36,905 bases of DNA from NCBI GenBank assembly GCA_048938895.1, contig JBHLLU010000025.1, positions 25,510 through 62,414 on the forward strand, written 5' to 3'. Positions 1-10,291 of this stretch are shown in pieces. The DNA is from Promethearchaeota archaeon. GTDB taxonomy: Archaea; Asgardarchaeota; Lokiarchaeia; Sigyniarchaeales; SOKP01. Both the position numbers and the translations under genes were made by a program. How positions within the stretch are numbered: the stretch's first letter is position 1; every line of letters begins with the position of its first letter. Under the pieces are notes generated by a model that worked only from the letters and a program-made list of their open reading frames with translations, searched no databases and was not told the origin of the DNA.

Positions 1-16
1 TTTCTTTAAACCACTA

Positions 17-1144
17 TCAAATCTTAAAACTTTCAGCTCTATCTAATTTTCTTTGGCTAAAACTAATAATTTTTGCCAAAATTTTCGATTTTTCTATGGA
101 ACTATTTAATTCATTGGGTTCTATTATATATCCTTTATTCTGAGCGAGATTGTATATTTTTTCTCCTATTTTTGTTCTAATCATCACAGTAGTATAACCA
201 CTTTGAGAACCCAATCCTCCAAAAGAAATATCAGCATAAAAATTTGAAAAGTTTTCACATACTCTACAGGCATGCCTCATAATATCTCTAAGTTCAGAAA
301 ATTCTATCTGCAATGGTGTGTTGCTATTTTTTAGATTGATTATCAGATTTTCTTTAATATTTAACTTTTTAATATCGTCAAAAGAAAATTTAAACCTTTC
401 CTCTATTCTAGCCCTCGCAACGTTATCAAATTTAAAATTTTCATAGCAAAATAATCCTAAAGTATATTTAACAATATGAGCCGGAATAATATTGAGTTCT
501 TGCATTTTTCTGATAGAATGGATCTGGCAGGGAACTCCAACTACCGCAATTTTCATGTAATCTGCATACGCAATTTTTTTTAATTCAGAAATAGTAGAAA
601 CAAAGGTATTATAATTTCCTAATTCCGAAACAGGACCTTTTGAATCATAATAAGTACCTGCAGCCTCAAGAATTTCTTCTCTCGTTTTAGCAAAGAAGGG
701 GATTCTCTGAAATGAATTTATTCTTTTTGAGATAAGTGCCCCATTAATTAAATTATTTTCTAAAAGTGAAATTAATATGGCTGTAACAACCCCCCCATCA
801 GTAGCAACTTCCCTAATTTTTGGATCACTAGCTTGAGCTGTTAGAATTTTGATCCAATTTCCAATAGGTGGTTTGTATTCATATTTAATATTTAACCCTT
901 TGTCCAGTTCAAATGTTTCAGGACAAATTAAATAACAAATTCCACAATGTAAACAATTATCCTTATTAGAGTAATGTGGTGGTCCTTCCTCAGACATCTC
1001 AATTGCTCCTATATCTGCTGCGCTACAAAAACTCACACATCCCCCACATTCTCCACATATATCTTTTTCATGGACCTGTTTAATCAGATCTTCAAAGGAT
1101 TTAGGCATAACATCACTTTTTTTTGTTTGAGGATCTTCAGCCAT
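17..1144 (-). CDS. frhB: Coenzyme F420 hydrogenase/dehydrogenase beta-subunit family protein (FrhB/FdhB/FpoF-like) with N-terminal 2x[4Fe-4S] domain
   Basis: CGECGGCVSFC and CLHCGICYLICP ferredoxin motifs; ATDGGVVTAIL, VVGVPCQ, GLFCYENF, ACRVC..F....ADISFGGLGS..GYTTVMIRT..G are FrhB N/C-domain hallmarks; AGGTGA RBS 6 nt before the ATG. Confidence 0.88.
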   Translation of the reverse strand: MAEDPQTKKSDVMPKSFEDLIKQVHEKDICGECGGCVSFCSAADIGAIEMSEEGPPHYSNKDNCLHCGICYLICPETFELDKGLNIKYEYKPPIGNWIKILTAQASDPKIREVATDGGVVTAILISLLENNLINGALISKRINSFQRIPFFAKTREEILEAAGTYYDSKGPVSELGNYNTFVSTISELKKIAYADYMKIAVVGVPCQIHSIRKMQELNIIPAHIVKYTLGLFCYENFKFDNVARARIEERFKFSFDDIKKLNIKENLIINLKNSNTPLQIEFSELRDIMRHACRVCENFSNFYADISFGGLGSQSGYTTVMIRTKIGEKIYNLAQNKGYIIEPNELNSSIEKSKILAKIISFSQRKLDRAESFKI

Positions 1145-1651
1145 ACAAATTCACCTATTTAATTATTCAAAAGTTAATTAATAATTTTATAGTATTTTTA
1201 ATATTATAATATTTATCATAAAAATCAGATAAAATGACTTAAAACGCATATTTCATTCCAAATAAATTTAGGAATTTGAATTTAATTTCCCATTTTGATA
1301 ATTATTTTTAAAGAATTTTCCCTATTTAAAATTACTTGCTCTTGCTATATTTTGAATTCATATTCATACCCACTACTAAAAAAAAGTCATATATTTTGTA
1401 AATTAGTTCATTTATTGTATTTTTTTTTCAAAATGAATAATGAAAATGTCGAAAAATTTAAAAAAGTTACATAAATCCGAAATTCTAAAAAATCTTTAAA
1501 TATTAAGCTCGATCTTAATTATATTATTGAAAAAAATTATTGTAATCCTTAAAAATATAATAAATACCTTATTAAAAAGATCAATATTTATAAAATAGGA
1601 AAAATAGAATCTAAAACATATTATATTAATAAGCATAAGGTTTGAAAAATT

Positions 1652-2158
1652 ATGCAAATGATAGATTTTGAATTTAGAAATGAGTTAATAGAGGATGATT
1701 TCTCATTAAATTATTGTTATCAATGTGGAACTTGTTCTAGCACCTGTCCTGTAGCACTTATAACAAACGGTGAATATAATCCCCGAAAAATCATTGAACA
1801 ATCGCTTCTAGGGCTTAAAGACCTATTGTTAAAGGATCAAAAGCCTAACGTATGGCTATGCTGTACATGTCAGATGTGTGTGGAAGAATGTCCTCAAAAT
1901 GTTTTTTTAACTGAAATCTTTGAGAGAATAAAAAACAAAATCGTTATTTCGGGAGAACCTTATCCTGAGACATTTAAAACACAAGCACAAAGTGTTTTAG
2001 ACAACGGGTTAGCAATTCCTCTAACACCACCTATAATTCGTAGAAGAGATCAATTGGGACTTCCCAAAGTAGAATCTGCTAATATCAATGAAATAAAAAA
2101 ATTGTTAGATGCTACAGAGTTCGAAAAAAAAATAAACTCATTGGGAGGGAGTAAATGA
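1652..2158 (+). CDS. hdrC: Heterodisulfide reductase subunit C
   Basis: CYQCGTCSSTCP and WLCCTCQMCVEECPQ motifs, YNPRKII, RRDQLGLP; directly upstream of hdrB. Confidence 0.93.
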   Translation: MQMIDFEFRNELIEDDFSLNYCYQCGTCSSTCPVALITNGEYNPRKIIEQSLLGLKDLLLKDQKPNVWLCCTCQMCVEECPQNVFLTEIFERIKNKIVISGEPYPETFKTQAQSVLDNGLAIPLTPPIIRRRDQLGLPKVESANINEIKKLLDATEFEKKINSLGGSK

Positions 2159-2159
2159 A

Positions 2160-3035
2160 ATGTCATATAAGTTCTTTTTGGGTTGTGTAATTCCTGGAAG
2201 ACTACCATTTTTGGAAGCATCAGCTCGTAAAACTTTTGAAAAGATTGGTATGGATGTTGGAGATCAGACTAACTGCTCCTGCTGTCCTGATCCCACCGGT
2301 GTAGCTCAAATGGATCATGAATCATTCTTAGCTATAGGAGCAAGAAATTTATGTCTTTTTGAAGAAAGTAATAATCATATATTGAGTCTTTGCTCTGGAT
2401 GTACAGAATCTCTTAAAACTGTGAAACACACTTTAGATAACGACGATAATATGAAAAAAGAAATTAATTCGAAATTAAAAGTAATTGGAAAATCCTATAA
2501 AGGAAGTATTGATATTAAGCATTTTGCTGAAGTTTTATATGAAAATATTGAAAAACTTAAAAAAAATATTAAAAATCCATTAAAAGATCTAAAAGTTGCC
2601 GGACATCCAGGTTGTCATTATCTACGACCTTCTGAAATAATAAACTGGGATGATCCACTCAATCCCACGACATTAGATAAATTAATTGAAGTAATTGGAG
2701 CAGATGCGGTTGAGTATGATACGAAAAATGATTGTTGCGGAAATCCCCTAGAAAAGTCTGATAAAGAAATCTCTTTGAATATGTTGGAAAGCAAACTTAG
2801 AAGCATGAAGGAAGCGGGAGCAGATTGTATAGTTTGTGTTTGTCCCGCTTGTTATCAACAGTTTGATTTCAATCAGAGAGAAATCAATAAAATTAAAAAT
2901 ACAGATTATAATTTTCCTGTTTTCTATATAACCGAATTAATAGCTTTAGCTTTAGGAATTGATACAAAAGATCTTGGATTAAATTTCCATAGGATAAAAG
3001 TGAATGAAATTTTACAAAAAATAATCAAATCATAG
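2160..3035 (+). CDS. hdrB: Heterodisulfide reductase subunit B
   Basis: Two CCG-type domains: FLGCVIP..CSCCPDP..ARNL..CSGC and HPGCHYLRP..DCCG..CPACYQQFD. Confidence 0.95.
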   Translation: MSYKFFLGCVIPGRLPFLEASARKTFEKIGMDVGDQTNCSCCPDPTGVAQMDHESFLAIGARNLCLFEESNNHILSLCSGCTESLKTVKHTLDNDDNMKKEINSKLKVIGKSYKGSIDIKHFAEVLYENIEKLKKNIKNPLKDLKVAGHPGCHYLRPSEIINWDDPLNPTTLDKLIEVIGADAVEYDTKNDCCGNPLEKSDKEISLNMLESKLRSMKEAGADCIVCVCPACYQQFDFNQREINKIKNTDYNFPVFYITELIALALGIDTKDLGLNFHRIKVNEILQKIIKS

Positions 3036-3048
3036 GAGATGGTATATT

Positions 3049-4344
3049 TTGAGTGAAAAAGAAAAAAAAGTTATGGTTATTGGTGGAGGAATAGCAGGGA
3101 TCCAAGCATCCTTGGATTTAGCAGAGAGAGGTATAAATGTTGAACTAATTGAGAAGAATGCCTGTATTGGTGGAAGGATGGCTCAACTTGATAAAACCTT
3201 TCCTACTAATGACTGTTCTATATGCATTCTAGCTCCTAAGCTCGCTGAGTGTGTTCGACATCCAAATATTTCATTACATACACTTTCGGAAGTTAAAAAT
3301 TTAACTGGGAGACCTGGCAATTTCAATGTGAAAATTTTAAAAAAAGCAAGATACGTGAAAGAAGATAAATGTATAAATTGTGGACAATGTGTAGAAAAAT
3401 GCCCTATGAGGGTAGATGATGAATTTGATATGAAATTAAGGAAACGTAGAGCAATTTATATCGATTATGTTCAAGGAGTTCCTTCAATAATGACAATAGA
3501 TAAAGAAAATTGTCTATTTTTTACGAAAGATGCATGCAGGATTTGTGAAAAAGTATGCGAGAGAGAAGCTATTGATTTTGATCAAAAGGATGAGGAATTT
3601 GAACTAAACGTAGGATCAATCATCGTTGCTACTGGTTATGATATATTTAATCCAATTACTCTTACAACTTTAGGATATGGACGATACCTTAATGTTGTTA
3701 CCGCTTTAGAATTTGAAAGACTAATTTGTGCATCTGGTCCTTTGGGTGGACATTTACAAAGACCATCTGATAAAAATGATCCAAAAAAACTTGCCTTTAT
3801 TAATTGTGTGGGCTCAAGGGATATAAAAAACAATCCCTTTTGTTCATCATGTTGTTGTATGTATACCACCAAAGAAGCAATGATCGCTTATGAACATGAC
3901 AATGAAATAGAAACATCAATATTTTATATTGATCTGCGGGCTGCAGGTAAAGGTTTTCGAGAATATATTCAAAGGGGAGAAAATGAATATAGTATTAAAT
4001 ACATAAAAGGTAAAGTAGCAAGAATAGTAGAAGATGAACAAAGAAATCCTATAATAATATATGAAGATATTGATACTTCACAAGTTAAACAACTTAAATT
4101 TGACCTGGTTATACTCGCTACTACAATGATTCCTAAAAAAGATTCAGGCGAATTAGCTAAGATCTTAGGAATTCAAACAAATGATTTTAGTTTTTTTAAG
4201 GCAAAAAACTACCAGCCACAGAAATCCTCGAAGGAGGGTATATTTCTCTGCGGAACATGTAGAGAACCAATGGATATTCCAAATTCAGTAATTGACGCAA
4301 GTGGAGCAGCTGCTAAAGCCGCTGAAATAGTAATGAGGGGGTGA
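3049..4344 (+). CDS. hdrA: HdrA-like flavoprotein, part 1 (FAD domain with inserted ferredoxin; lacks the N-terminal CHCG domain and C-terminal ferredoxin)
   Basis: VIGGGIAG, GGRMAQLDKTFPTNDCSICILAPK, CINCGQCVEKCP, EFERL, CVGSRD..CSSCCCMYTTKEA; TTG start after AGGAG. Confidence 0.92.
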   Translation: MSEKEKKVMVIGGGIAGIQASLDLAERGINVELIEKNACIGGRMAQLDKTFPTNDCSICILAPKLAECVRHPNISLHTLSEVKNLTGRPGNFNVKILKKARYVKEDKCINCGQCVEKCPMRVDDEFDMKLRKRRAIYIDYVQGVPSIMTIDKENCLFFTKDACRICEKVCEREAIDFDQKDEEFELNVGSIIVATGYDIFNPITLTTLGYGRYLNVVTALEFERLICASGPLGGHLQRPSDKNDPKKLAFINCVGSRDIKNNPFCSSCCCMYTTKEAMIAYEHDNEIETSIFYIDLRAAGKGFREYIQRGENEYSIKYIKGKVARIVEDEQRNPIIIYEDIDTSQVKQLKFDLVILATTMIPKKDSGELAKILGIQTNDFSFFKAKNYQPQKSSKEGIFLCGTCREPMDIPNSVIDASGAAAKAAEIVMRG

Positions 4345-4349
4345 AAAAG

Positions 4350-6017
4350 ATGTCGAACGAAGAGATTAGGATTGGAGTGTTTATTTGTCATTGCGGTACT
4401 AATATAGGAGGCGTTTTGAATATTTCTGAGTTAACAGAATATACCAAAACTTTACCCAACGTCGTATATAGTGACGCTAACTTATATACATGTTCAGAAG
4501 TTGGCTTAAGTGAGATCAGGAAAAATATTGAGGAACATAATTTAAATCGTGTTATAGTAGCCTCATGTTCTCCACGTACTCATGAGCCTTTATTCAGATC
4601 CACGTGCCAAGAAGCAGGCTTAAATCCGTATTTATTTGAAATGGTAAATATTCGGGATCAAGATTCTTGGGTTCATATGAAAGAGCCCGAAAAAGGCACT
4701 GAAAAAGCTAAAGATCTAATTAGAATGGGTGTTCATAAAGCAGCTTTATTGGAATCGTTAGAAAAAACACAGGTCAGTGTGATAGCTTCTGCTATAGTAA
4801 TAGGTGGAGGGATAGCAGGGATGAATGCTGCTTTAACTTTAGCAAACCAAAATTTTAAAGTAAATTTAATTGAAATAGAATCCGAGTTGGGAGGTTTACT
4901 CAGATACCTTTATAAAGTGTATCCTACTAATGAAGATGCTTCAAATATATTGGAGACAAGAGATCTGATTGAAAATCACGAGAATATTGATATATACAAG
5001 TCTACTGTAATAAAAAAAATAGAAGGCTTTGTAGGGAATTATAAAGTATTTCTTCTTCAAAATAAAAAAGAAATAGTAATAGAAGCAGGCGCTATAATTG
5101 TTGCTACTGGCGCAAGAGCATTATCACCAGAAGGATATTATAATTATAACGGTAAAAACATAATTAGTCAATTAGAGTTAGAGGGATTATTAAAAGAGAA
5201 GAAAATCGAAGCTAATAACATTACAATGATTCAATGTGTGGGGTGTAGAAATGAAGAAAGAAAATATTGTTCTAATATATGTTGTATGACAGCACTTAAA
5301 AATGCTATATTGATTAAGGAACAAAATTCAGATGCTAATATAAGTATAATTTTTAGAGATATTCAAACACAAGGTGTTACCTATGAGGAATATTACAGAA
5401 GAGCAAGAGAAATGGGAATACTATTTATTAAATATTTACCAGAAAAGCCACCAACTATTAAGAAAAATCGTATTGAAGTATATAATGAGTTTATGAATCA
5501 AGTAATTGGATTTCCCTATGATCTTATAGTACTATCAATGCCTCTTATTGCAAATGAAGATTCGGAACAACTAGCTAAAATGCTAAAGGTTCCACTAGAG
5601 GAAAATAACTTCTTTTTAGAAGCTCATGTAAAATTAAGACCAGTAGACTTTGCAACCGATGGTGTTTTTGTTTGTGGTTCAGCTCACTGGCCTGCAGATA
5701 TTTCAGAAAGTATATCACAATCAAATGCAGCAGCATCTAGAGCTAGTACAATTCTCTCGAAAGAACTTCTAGAAGTAGAAGGTTCTACTGCTGAAGTTGA
5801 TACAGATGTATGTGTGGGTTGTGAAGCATGTATTAAGATTTGTCCATATAGTGCAATATACAAAGATGAAGATACAGATACCGTAATAGTTAATAAAGTG
5901 GTTTGTAAAGGATGTGGAGTATGTGGTGCCAGTTGTCCTCATAGTGCTATTATCATCCATCACTTTACAAGTGATCAAATAATTGCTGAAATTGCTACCT
6001 ATGGAGGTGGAGAATAG
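4350..6017 (+). CDS. hdrA: HdrA-like flavoprotein, part 2 (CHCG domain, FAD domain without inserted ferredoxin, C-terminal 2x[4Fe-4S])
   Basis: RIGVFICHCGTNI, ASCSPRTHE, NIRDQDSWVH, IGGGIAG, QCVGCR..YCSNICC, EAHVKLRP, CVGCEAC..CP, CKGCGVCGASCP; ATG 4350 follows a GGGGTGA RBS (ORF track starts at GTG 4341). Confidence 0.92.
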   Translation: MSNEEIRIGVFICHCGTNIGGVLNISELTEYTKTLPNVVYSDANLYTCSEVGLSEIRKNIEEHNLNRVIVASCSPRTHEPLFRSTCQEAGLNPYLFEMVNIRDQDSWVHMKEPEKGTEKAKDLIRMGVHKAALLESLEKTQVSVIASAIVIGGGIAGMNAALTLANQNFKVNLIEIESELGGLLRYLYKVYPTNEDASNILETRDLIENHENIDIYKSTVIKKIEGFVGNYKVFLLQNKKEIVIEAGAIIVATGARALSPEGYYNYNGKNIISQLELEGLLKEKKIEANNITMIQCVGCRNEERKYCSNICCMTALKNAILIKEQNSDANISIIFRDIQTQGVTYEEYYRRAREMGILFIKYLPEKPPTIKKNRIEVYNEFMNQVIGFPYDLIVLSMPLIANEDSEQLAKMLKVPLEENNFFLEAHVKLRPVDFATDGVFVCGSAHWPADISESISQSNAAASRASTILSKELLEVEGSTAEVDTDVCVGCEACIKICPYSAIYKDEDTDTVIVNKVVCKGCGVCGASCPHSAIIIHHFTSDQIIAEIATYGGGE

Positions 6018-6788
6018 ATGGCATTCGAACCAAAAATATTAGGATTTTTATGCAATTGGTGCTCTTATGCAGGAGCAGACTTAGCAGGTGTAAGTCGAAT
6101 TCAATATCCAACAAATGTTAGAGTGATTCGTGTTATGTGTTCTGGAAGAGTTGATCCTGTGTTTATAGCTGAAGCATTTATGAACGGTATTGATGGAGTA
6201 CTTGTTCTAGGATGTCATTTAGGAGATTGTCATTATATTAGTGGTAATTATGAAGCAGAATTAAAAATGAAGATGTTAAGTAAGGCATTATCGATGATTA
6301 ATTTCTCTGGGCGATTACAACTTGATTGGGTTTCTGCTTCTGAAGGTGGTAGATTTGCTCAAATAGTGAGTGATTTCACTGAACATATCCGTAAATTGGG
6401 ACCTTCTCCTGTTAAGAATAAAAAAATGAAAGAAGAAGTAATGAATAATCTTACTGCAATTAAATCTACTTTATGTGATACAAGATTAAGAGCTTTAGTT
6501 GCGAGACAAAGGGAATTGACAACAGAAGGGAATGTATATGGGGAACTAATTCCTAATGAGGAATTCGAGGATATTCTTGATAATGCAATTGAAAATGAAA
6601 CAATTCGCCATAAAATCTTAGAAAAAATCAAAAAAGAGGGAAAATCTGTTCCTGATATTGCAAAGGAAATTAATGTAGAACCTCATAAAGTTTTACAACA
6701 TATTGTAACTCTTCGAGCTCGTGGCCTGGTTGATGTTGATCAAATAAATGAAGAGATTCCCACTTTTATTTCTATTAAAGAGGTTTAA
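6018..6788 (+). CDS. mvhD: MvhD/FlpD [2Fe-2S] subunit with ~125-aa C-terminal extension ending in a winged-helix-like domain
   Basis: FLCNWCSYAGADLAG, RVMCSGRVDP, GCHLGDCHY..GN, WVSASEG; extension contains SVPDIAKEINVEPHKVLQHIVTLRARGLV. Confidence 0.92.
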   Translation: MAFEPKILGFLCNWCSYAGADLAGVSRIQYPTNVRVIRVMCSGRVDPVFIAEAFMNGIDGVLVLGCHLGDCHYISGNYEAELKMKMLSKALSMINFSGRLQLDWVSASEGGRFAQIVSDFTEHIRKLGPSPVKNKKMKEEVMNNLTAIKSTLCDTRLRALVARQRELTTEGNVYGELIPNEEFEDILDNAIENETIRHKILEKIKKEGKSVPDIAKEINVEPHKVLQHIVTLRARGLVDVDQINEEIPTFISIKEV

Positions 6789-6790
6789 AA

Positions 6791-9700
6791 ATGGAAAAGG
6801 TTGGTTCAGTTTTAGTTGTAGGAGGAGGAATAGCAGGTATTCAAGCTTCAATGGATTTAGCAGATTCAGGGTTTAAAGTGTATTTAGCTGAATCGTCAAT
6901 GAGTATAGGAGGAGTTATGTCTCAATTAGATAAAACCTTCCCTACTAATGATTGCTCTATTTGTATCCTTGCGCCTAAATTAGTGGCTGCAGGACGTCAT
7001 GAAAACATTACACTTTTAATAAATACAAATTTAGAAAAAATTGATGGAACTCCTGGTAATTTTACTGTAGAATTAAAACAAAGATCCCTACTTTTAGATC
7101 AAGAAAAGTGCACAGGTTGTGGCGTTTGTGCTCAAGAATGTCCAGTAGAAGCAATTGATTTTTTTAATGAAGGATTATCCAATAGGGCAGCTATATCAGT
7201 TAAGTTTCCCCAAGCAGTTCCATTAGTTTTTTCAATTGATCAAAATTTATGTATTGGTTGTGGTTTTTGTAAAGGGGTTTGTAAAGCTAAAGCAATAGAC
7301 TACACACTTGAGGATAAATTTACTACTCTAAATGTTGGGGCAATTATTTTAGCACTTGGGTTTGATGAGTATGATCCTAGTCTTACCCAACAATATGGAT
7401 ATAGTAAATATTTGAATGTGGTCACTAGTATTGAGTTTGAACGTATTTTAAGTGCAAGTGGTCCGCATTCGGGACTTATACTTAGACCCTCTGATGGAAT
7501 AATTCCAAAAAAAATAGCCTTCCTCCAATGTGTTGGTTCAAGAGATAAGAAGTTTGGCGCCGAATATTGTTCATCTATATGTTGTATGTATACTGCTAAA
7601 GAGGCAGTAATTGCTAAAGAACATATGGAAATAATTCACCCTACAATTTTTTCTATGGATGTTAGAGCCGTTGGAAAAGATTTCGATAAATATATTGAAC
7701 GTGCTCAAAAGGAGTATGGAATAAGATATATTAGGAGTAGAATTTCCTCTATAAAAGAAATACCTGACTCGAAGGATCTAATACTTCATTTCGAAAATGA
7801 AGAGGGAAAAGTTGTAAGTGAGGTTTTTAATTTAGTCGTTCTCGCAGTAGGTGCTTTACCAAATCATAGTACAAAAGAATTAGCAAAAAAATTAAATATT
7901 GAATTGAATGGTTATGATTTCTGCAAAACCAAACCGTTTTCTCCTGTAGAAACATCCAGAGAAGGAATATATGTATGTGGTATGATTTCAGAACCTAAAG
8001 ATATTCCAGAAACTGTTGTAGAGGCGAGTGCAGCAGCGGGCGCTGTAAATATACTTTTATCTGAAGTAAGAAACACGTTAGTTACTGAAAAGGAATTACC
8101 CAAAGAACTTGATATTAGTGGTGAACCCCCCCGGATAGGAGTTTTCATATGTCATTGTGGAATTAATATTGGGGGTGTGGTAGATGTCCCTGAAGTTGTT
8201 GAATATGCAAGTAAACTACCTGATGTAATCCATGCAGAAAGAAATTTATACACTTGTTCCGCCGATACTCAAAGTAATATTAAGGAACAAATTAATGAAC
8301 ATAAATTAAACAGAGTAATAGTAGCTTCATGTACACCTAGAACTCATGAATCTTTGTTTCAAGCTACAATTCGGGAAGCAGGGTTAAATAAATATTTATT
8401 TGATTTAGCCAATATTCGAGATCAATGTTCCTGGGTACATATGCATGAACCAGAACAAGCGACAGAGAAAGCAAAAGATCTAGTTAGAATGGCTATCGCT
8501 AAAGCTCGGCAATTAGTCCCCCTCCAAGAACAACAGGTAGAAGTAATTCATAAGGGATTAATAATTGGGGGGGGTGTTTCAGGTATGACTGCCGCGTTGA
8601 ATCTTGCAAATCAAGGATTTGAAGTATTTCTCGTTGAAAAAAGTGGAAAATTAGGAGGTTTTTCAAACAATATTTATCAAACCCTAGAAAATCATGATGT
8701 GCAGGAATTCCTTAAAGATTTAATAAATAAGGTTAACACGCATAAATTAATTAATGTCTTTCTTAATGCTCGAATTAACTCGATAGGAGGATATGTTTGT
8801 AACTTTACTGCCAAGATTACATTTGGTGAAGATAAACAAAAGAAAGAATTTCAGCATGGTATTATTATAGTTGCTACTGGAGCTCTTGAATATCAACCAA
8901 AAAATGGTGAATTTCTTTTTGCTAAAGATGATAGGGTTATCTCGCAGTCAGAATTAGAGAAAATTCTGTTTACTGAAGAAGAAAAAGTTAACGACTTAAA
9001 ATCGATCGTTATGATCCAGTGTGTAGGTTCTAGAAACGATGAACATCCTTATTGTAGCAGAATGTGTTGCAGTGAAGCTATTAAAAATGCTTTAAAAGCA
9101 AAGGAGATTAATCCAGATCTTAATGTTACTATATTATATAGAGATATCAGAACTTACGGGTTTAAAGAAAAGTATTATAATTTAGCAAGAGAAAAAGGAG
9201 TAATTTTCATAAGATTTCAAGAGGACAAACCTCCAGAAATCAAATTAGAAGATGGAACTTTACAGATCTTCATTCAAAGACCCGATCTCGGAGATATTAT
9301 GGTAAATGCTGATTTAGTTGCACTCAGCGCAGGTATAGTTGCCGATGGTCCAGCAAACGAAGATCTTGCAAAAATGCTGAAAGTCCCTGTAAATGATGAT
9401 AAATTCTTTTTAGAAGCTCATGTAAAACTTCGACCATCAGATTTTGCTACTGACGGAATTTTCTTGTGTGGTACTGCTCGAGGAACAGCAACAATTAGAG
9501 AAAGTATTGCACAAGCAATGTCAGCAGCCTCCAGGGCTACCACAATTTTATCTAAAGATATTTTAGTAACTGAAGGAGTTATTTCTCAAGTAGATCCTGC
9601 TTTATGTATAGGCTGTAATAGATGTGCTGAGGTTTGTAATTATGGCGCAGTTGGGGTAAGATATGAAGAAGGATTAATGGTTTCTGAAGTAAATCCTCTA

Positions 9701-10255
9701 CTTTGTAAAGGGTGTGGAGATTGTGCTGCTGAGTGCCCGGCCGAAGCGATAACCATGAGCCATTTTGGAAGAATCCAAATTGAACCAATGATAGCTGAAG
9801 CTGCTAAAACCACAACCACGGATGGACAACCAAGAATTGTTGCTTTTCTCTGTAATTGGTGTAGCTATGCGGGGGCGGATCTAGCTGGTGTCAGCCGATA
9901 TCAATACCCTCCAAATGTAAGAACAATAAGAGTTATGTGTTCTGGGGGCATCCCTAAGAGTTTTATATTACAAGCATTTTTAGAGGGTGCTGACGGTGTT
10001 TTTATAGGTGGATGTCATCTAGGTGATTGCCACTACATAGCAGGAAATCAGGACACTTTAAGAAGAACTGATGAAATTGAAAAGATTATAGGATCTCTTG
10101 GAATAAATCCAGAAAGGTTCCTGAGAAAATGGGTTTCTGCGAGTGAAGGGAAAATTTTCGCTGAAACCATTTCAGAATTTACCAATAAATTGAAAAAACT
10201 TGGACCTATTGAAAATGATTATAAAAAAAAAAAAGAAATTCTAATAACAAAATAA
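6791..10255 (+). CDS. hdrA: Large HdrA-like protein with two FAD domains fused to a C-terminal MvhD domain
   Basis: Two GGGxxG FAD motifs, LDKTFPTNDCSICILAPK, internal RIGVFICHCGINI, four ferredoxin-type motifs, C-terminal FLCNWCSYAGADLAG..GCHLGDCHY. Confidence 0.93.
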   Translation: MEKVGSVLVVGGGIAGIQASMDLADSGFKVYLAESSMSIGGVMSQLDKTFPTNDCSICILAPKLVAAGRHENITLLINTNLEKIDGTPGNFTVELKQRSLLLDQEKCTGCGVCAQECPVEAIDFFNEGLSNRAAISVKFPQAVPLVFSIDQNLCIGCGFCKGVCKAKAIDYTLEDKFTTLNVGAIILALGFDEYDPSLTQQYGYSKYLNVVTSIEFERILSASGPHSGLILRPSDGIIPKKIAFLQCVGSRDKKFGAEYCSSICCMYTAKEAVIAKEHMEIIHPTIFSMDVRAVGKDFDKYIERAQKEYGIRYIRSRISSIKEIPDSKDLILHFENEEGKVVSEVFNLVVLAVGALPNHSTKELAKKLNIELNGYDFCKTKPFSPVETSREGIYVCGMISEPKDIPETVVEASAAAGAVNILLSEVRNTLVTEKELPKELDISGEPPRIGVFICHCGINIGGVVDVPEVVEYASKLPDVIHAERNLYTCSADTQSNIKEQINEHKLNRVIVASCTPRTHESLFQATIREAGLNKYLFDLANIRDQCSWVHMHEPEQATEKAKDLVRMAIAKARQLVPLQEQQVEVIHKGLIIGGGVSGMTAALNLANQGFEVFLVEKSGKLGGFSNNIYQTLENHDVQEFLKDLINKVNTHKLINVFLNARINSIGGYVCNFTAKITFGEDKQKKEFQHGIIIVATGALEYQPKNGEFLFAKDDRVISQSELEKILFTEEEKVNDLKSIVMIQCVGSRNDEHPYCSRMCCSEAIKNALKAKEINPDLNVTILYRDIRTYGFKEKYYNLAREKGVIFIRFQEDKPPEIKLEDGTLQIFIQRPDLGDIMVNADLVALSAGIVADGPANEDLAKMLKVPVNDDKFFLEAHVKLRPSDFATDGIFLCGTARGTATIRESIAQAMSAASRATTILSKDILVTEGVISQVDPALCIGCNRCAEVCNYGAVGVRYEEGLMVSEVNPLLCKGCGDCAAECPAEAITMSHFGRIQIEPMIAEAAKTTTTDGQPRIVAFLCNWCSYAGADLAGVSRYQYPPNVRTIRVMCSGGIPKSFILQAFLEGADGVFIGGCHLGDCHYIAGNQDTLRRTDEIEKIIGSLGINPERFLRKWVSASEGKIFAETISEFTNKLKKLGPIENDYKKKKEILITK

Positions 10256-10291
10256 AAAAATAACACTTTCATAAAATTAGGAGTTTATAGG

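Noticed and set aside
1145-1651. Specific TATA/BRE promoters or Lrp sites in the divergent spacer
   Set aside because: Promoters are expected here, but the region is so AT-rich that many TATA-like words occur and none can be singled out
4330-4352. TGA at the end of hdrA part 1 as selenocysteine or readthrough joining the two hdrA halves
   Set aside because: The next gene is in a different frame with its own GGGGTGA RBS and ATG, and the TGA is not at a Cys-motif position
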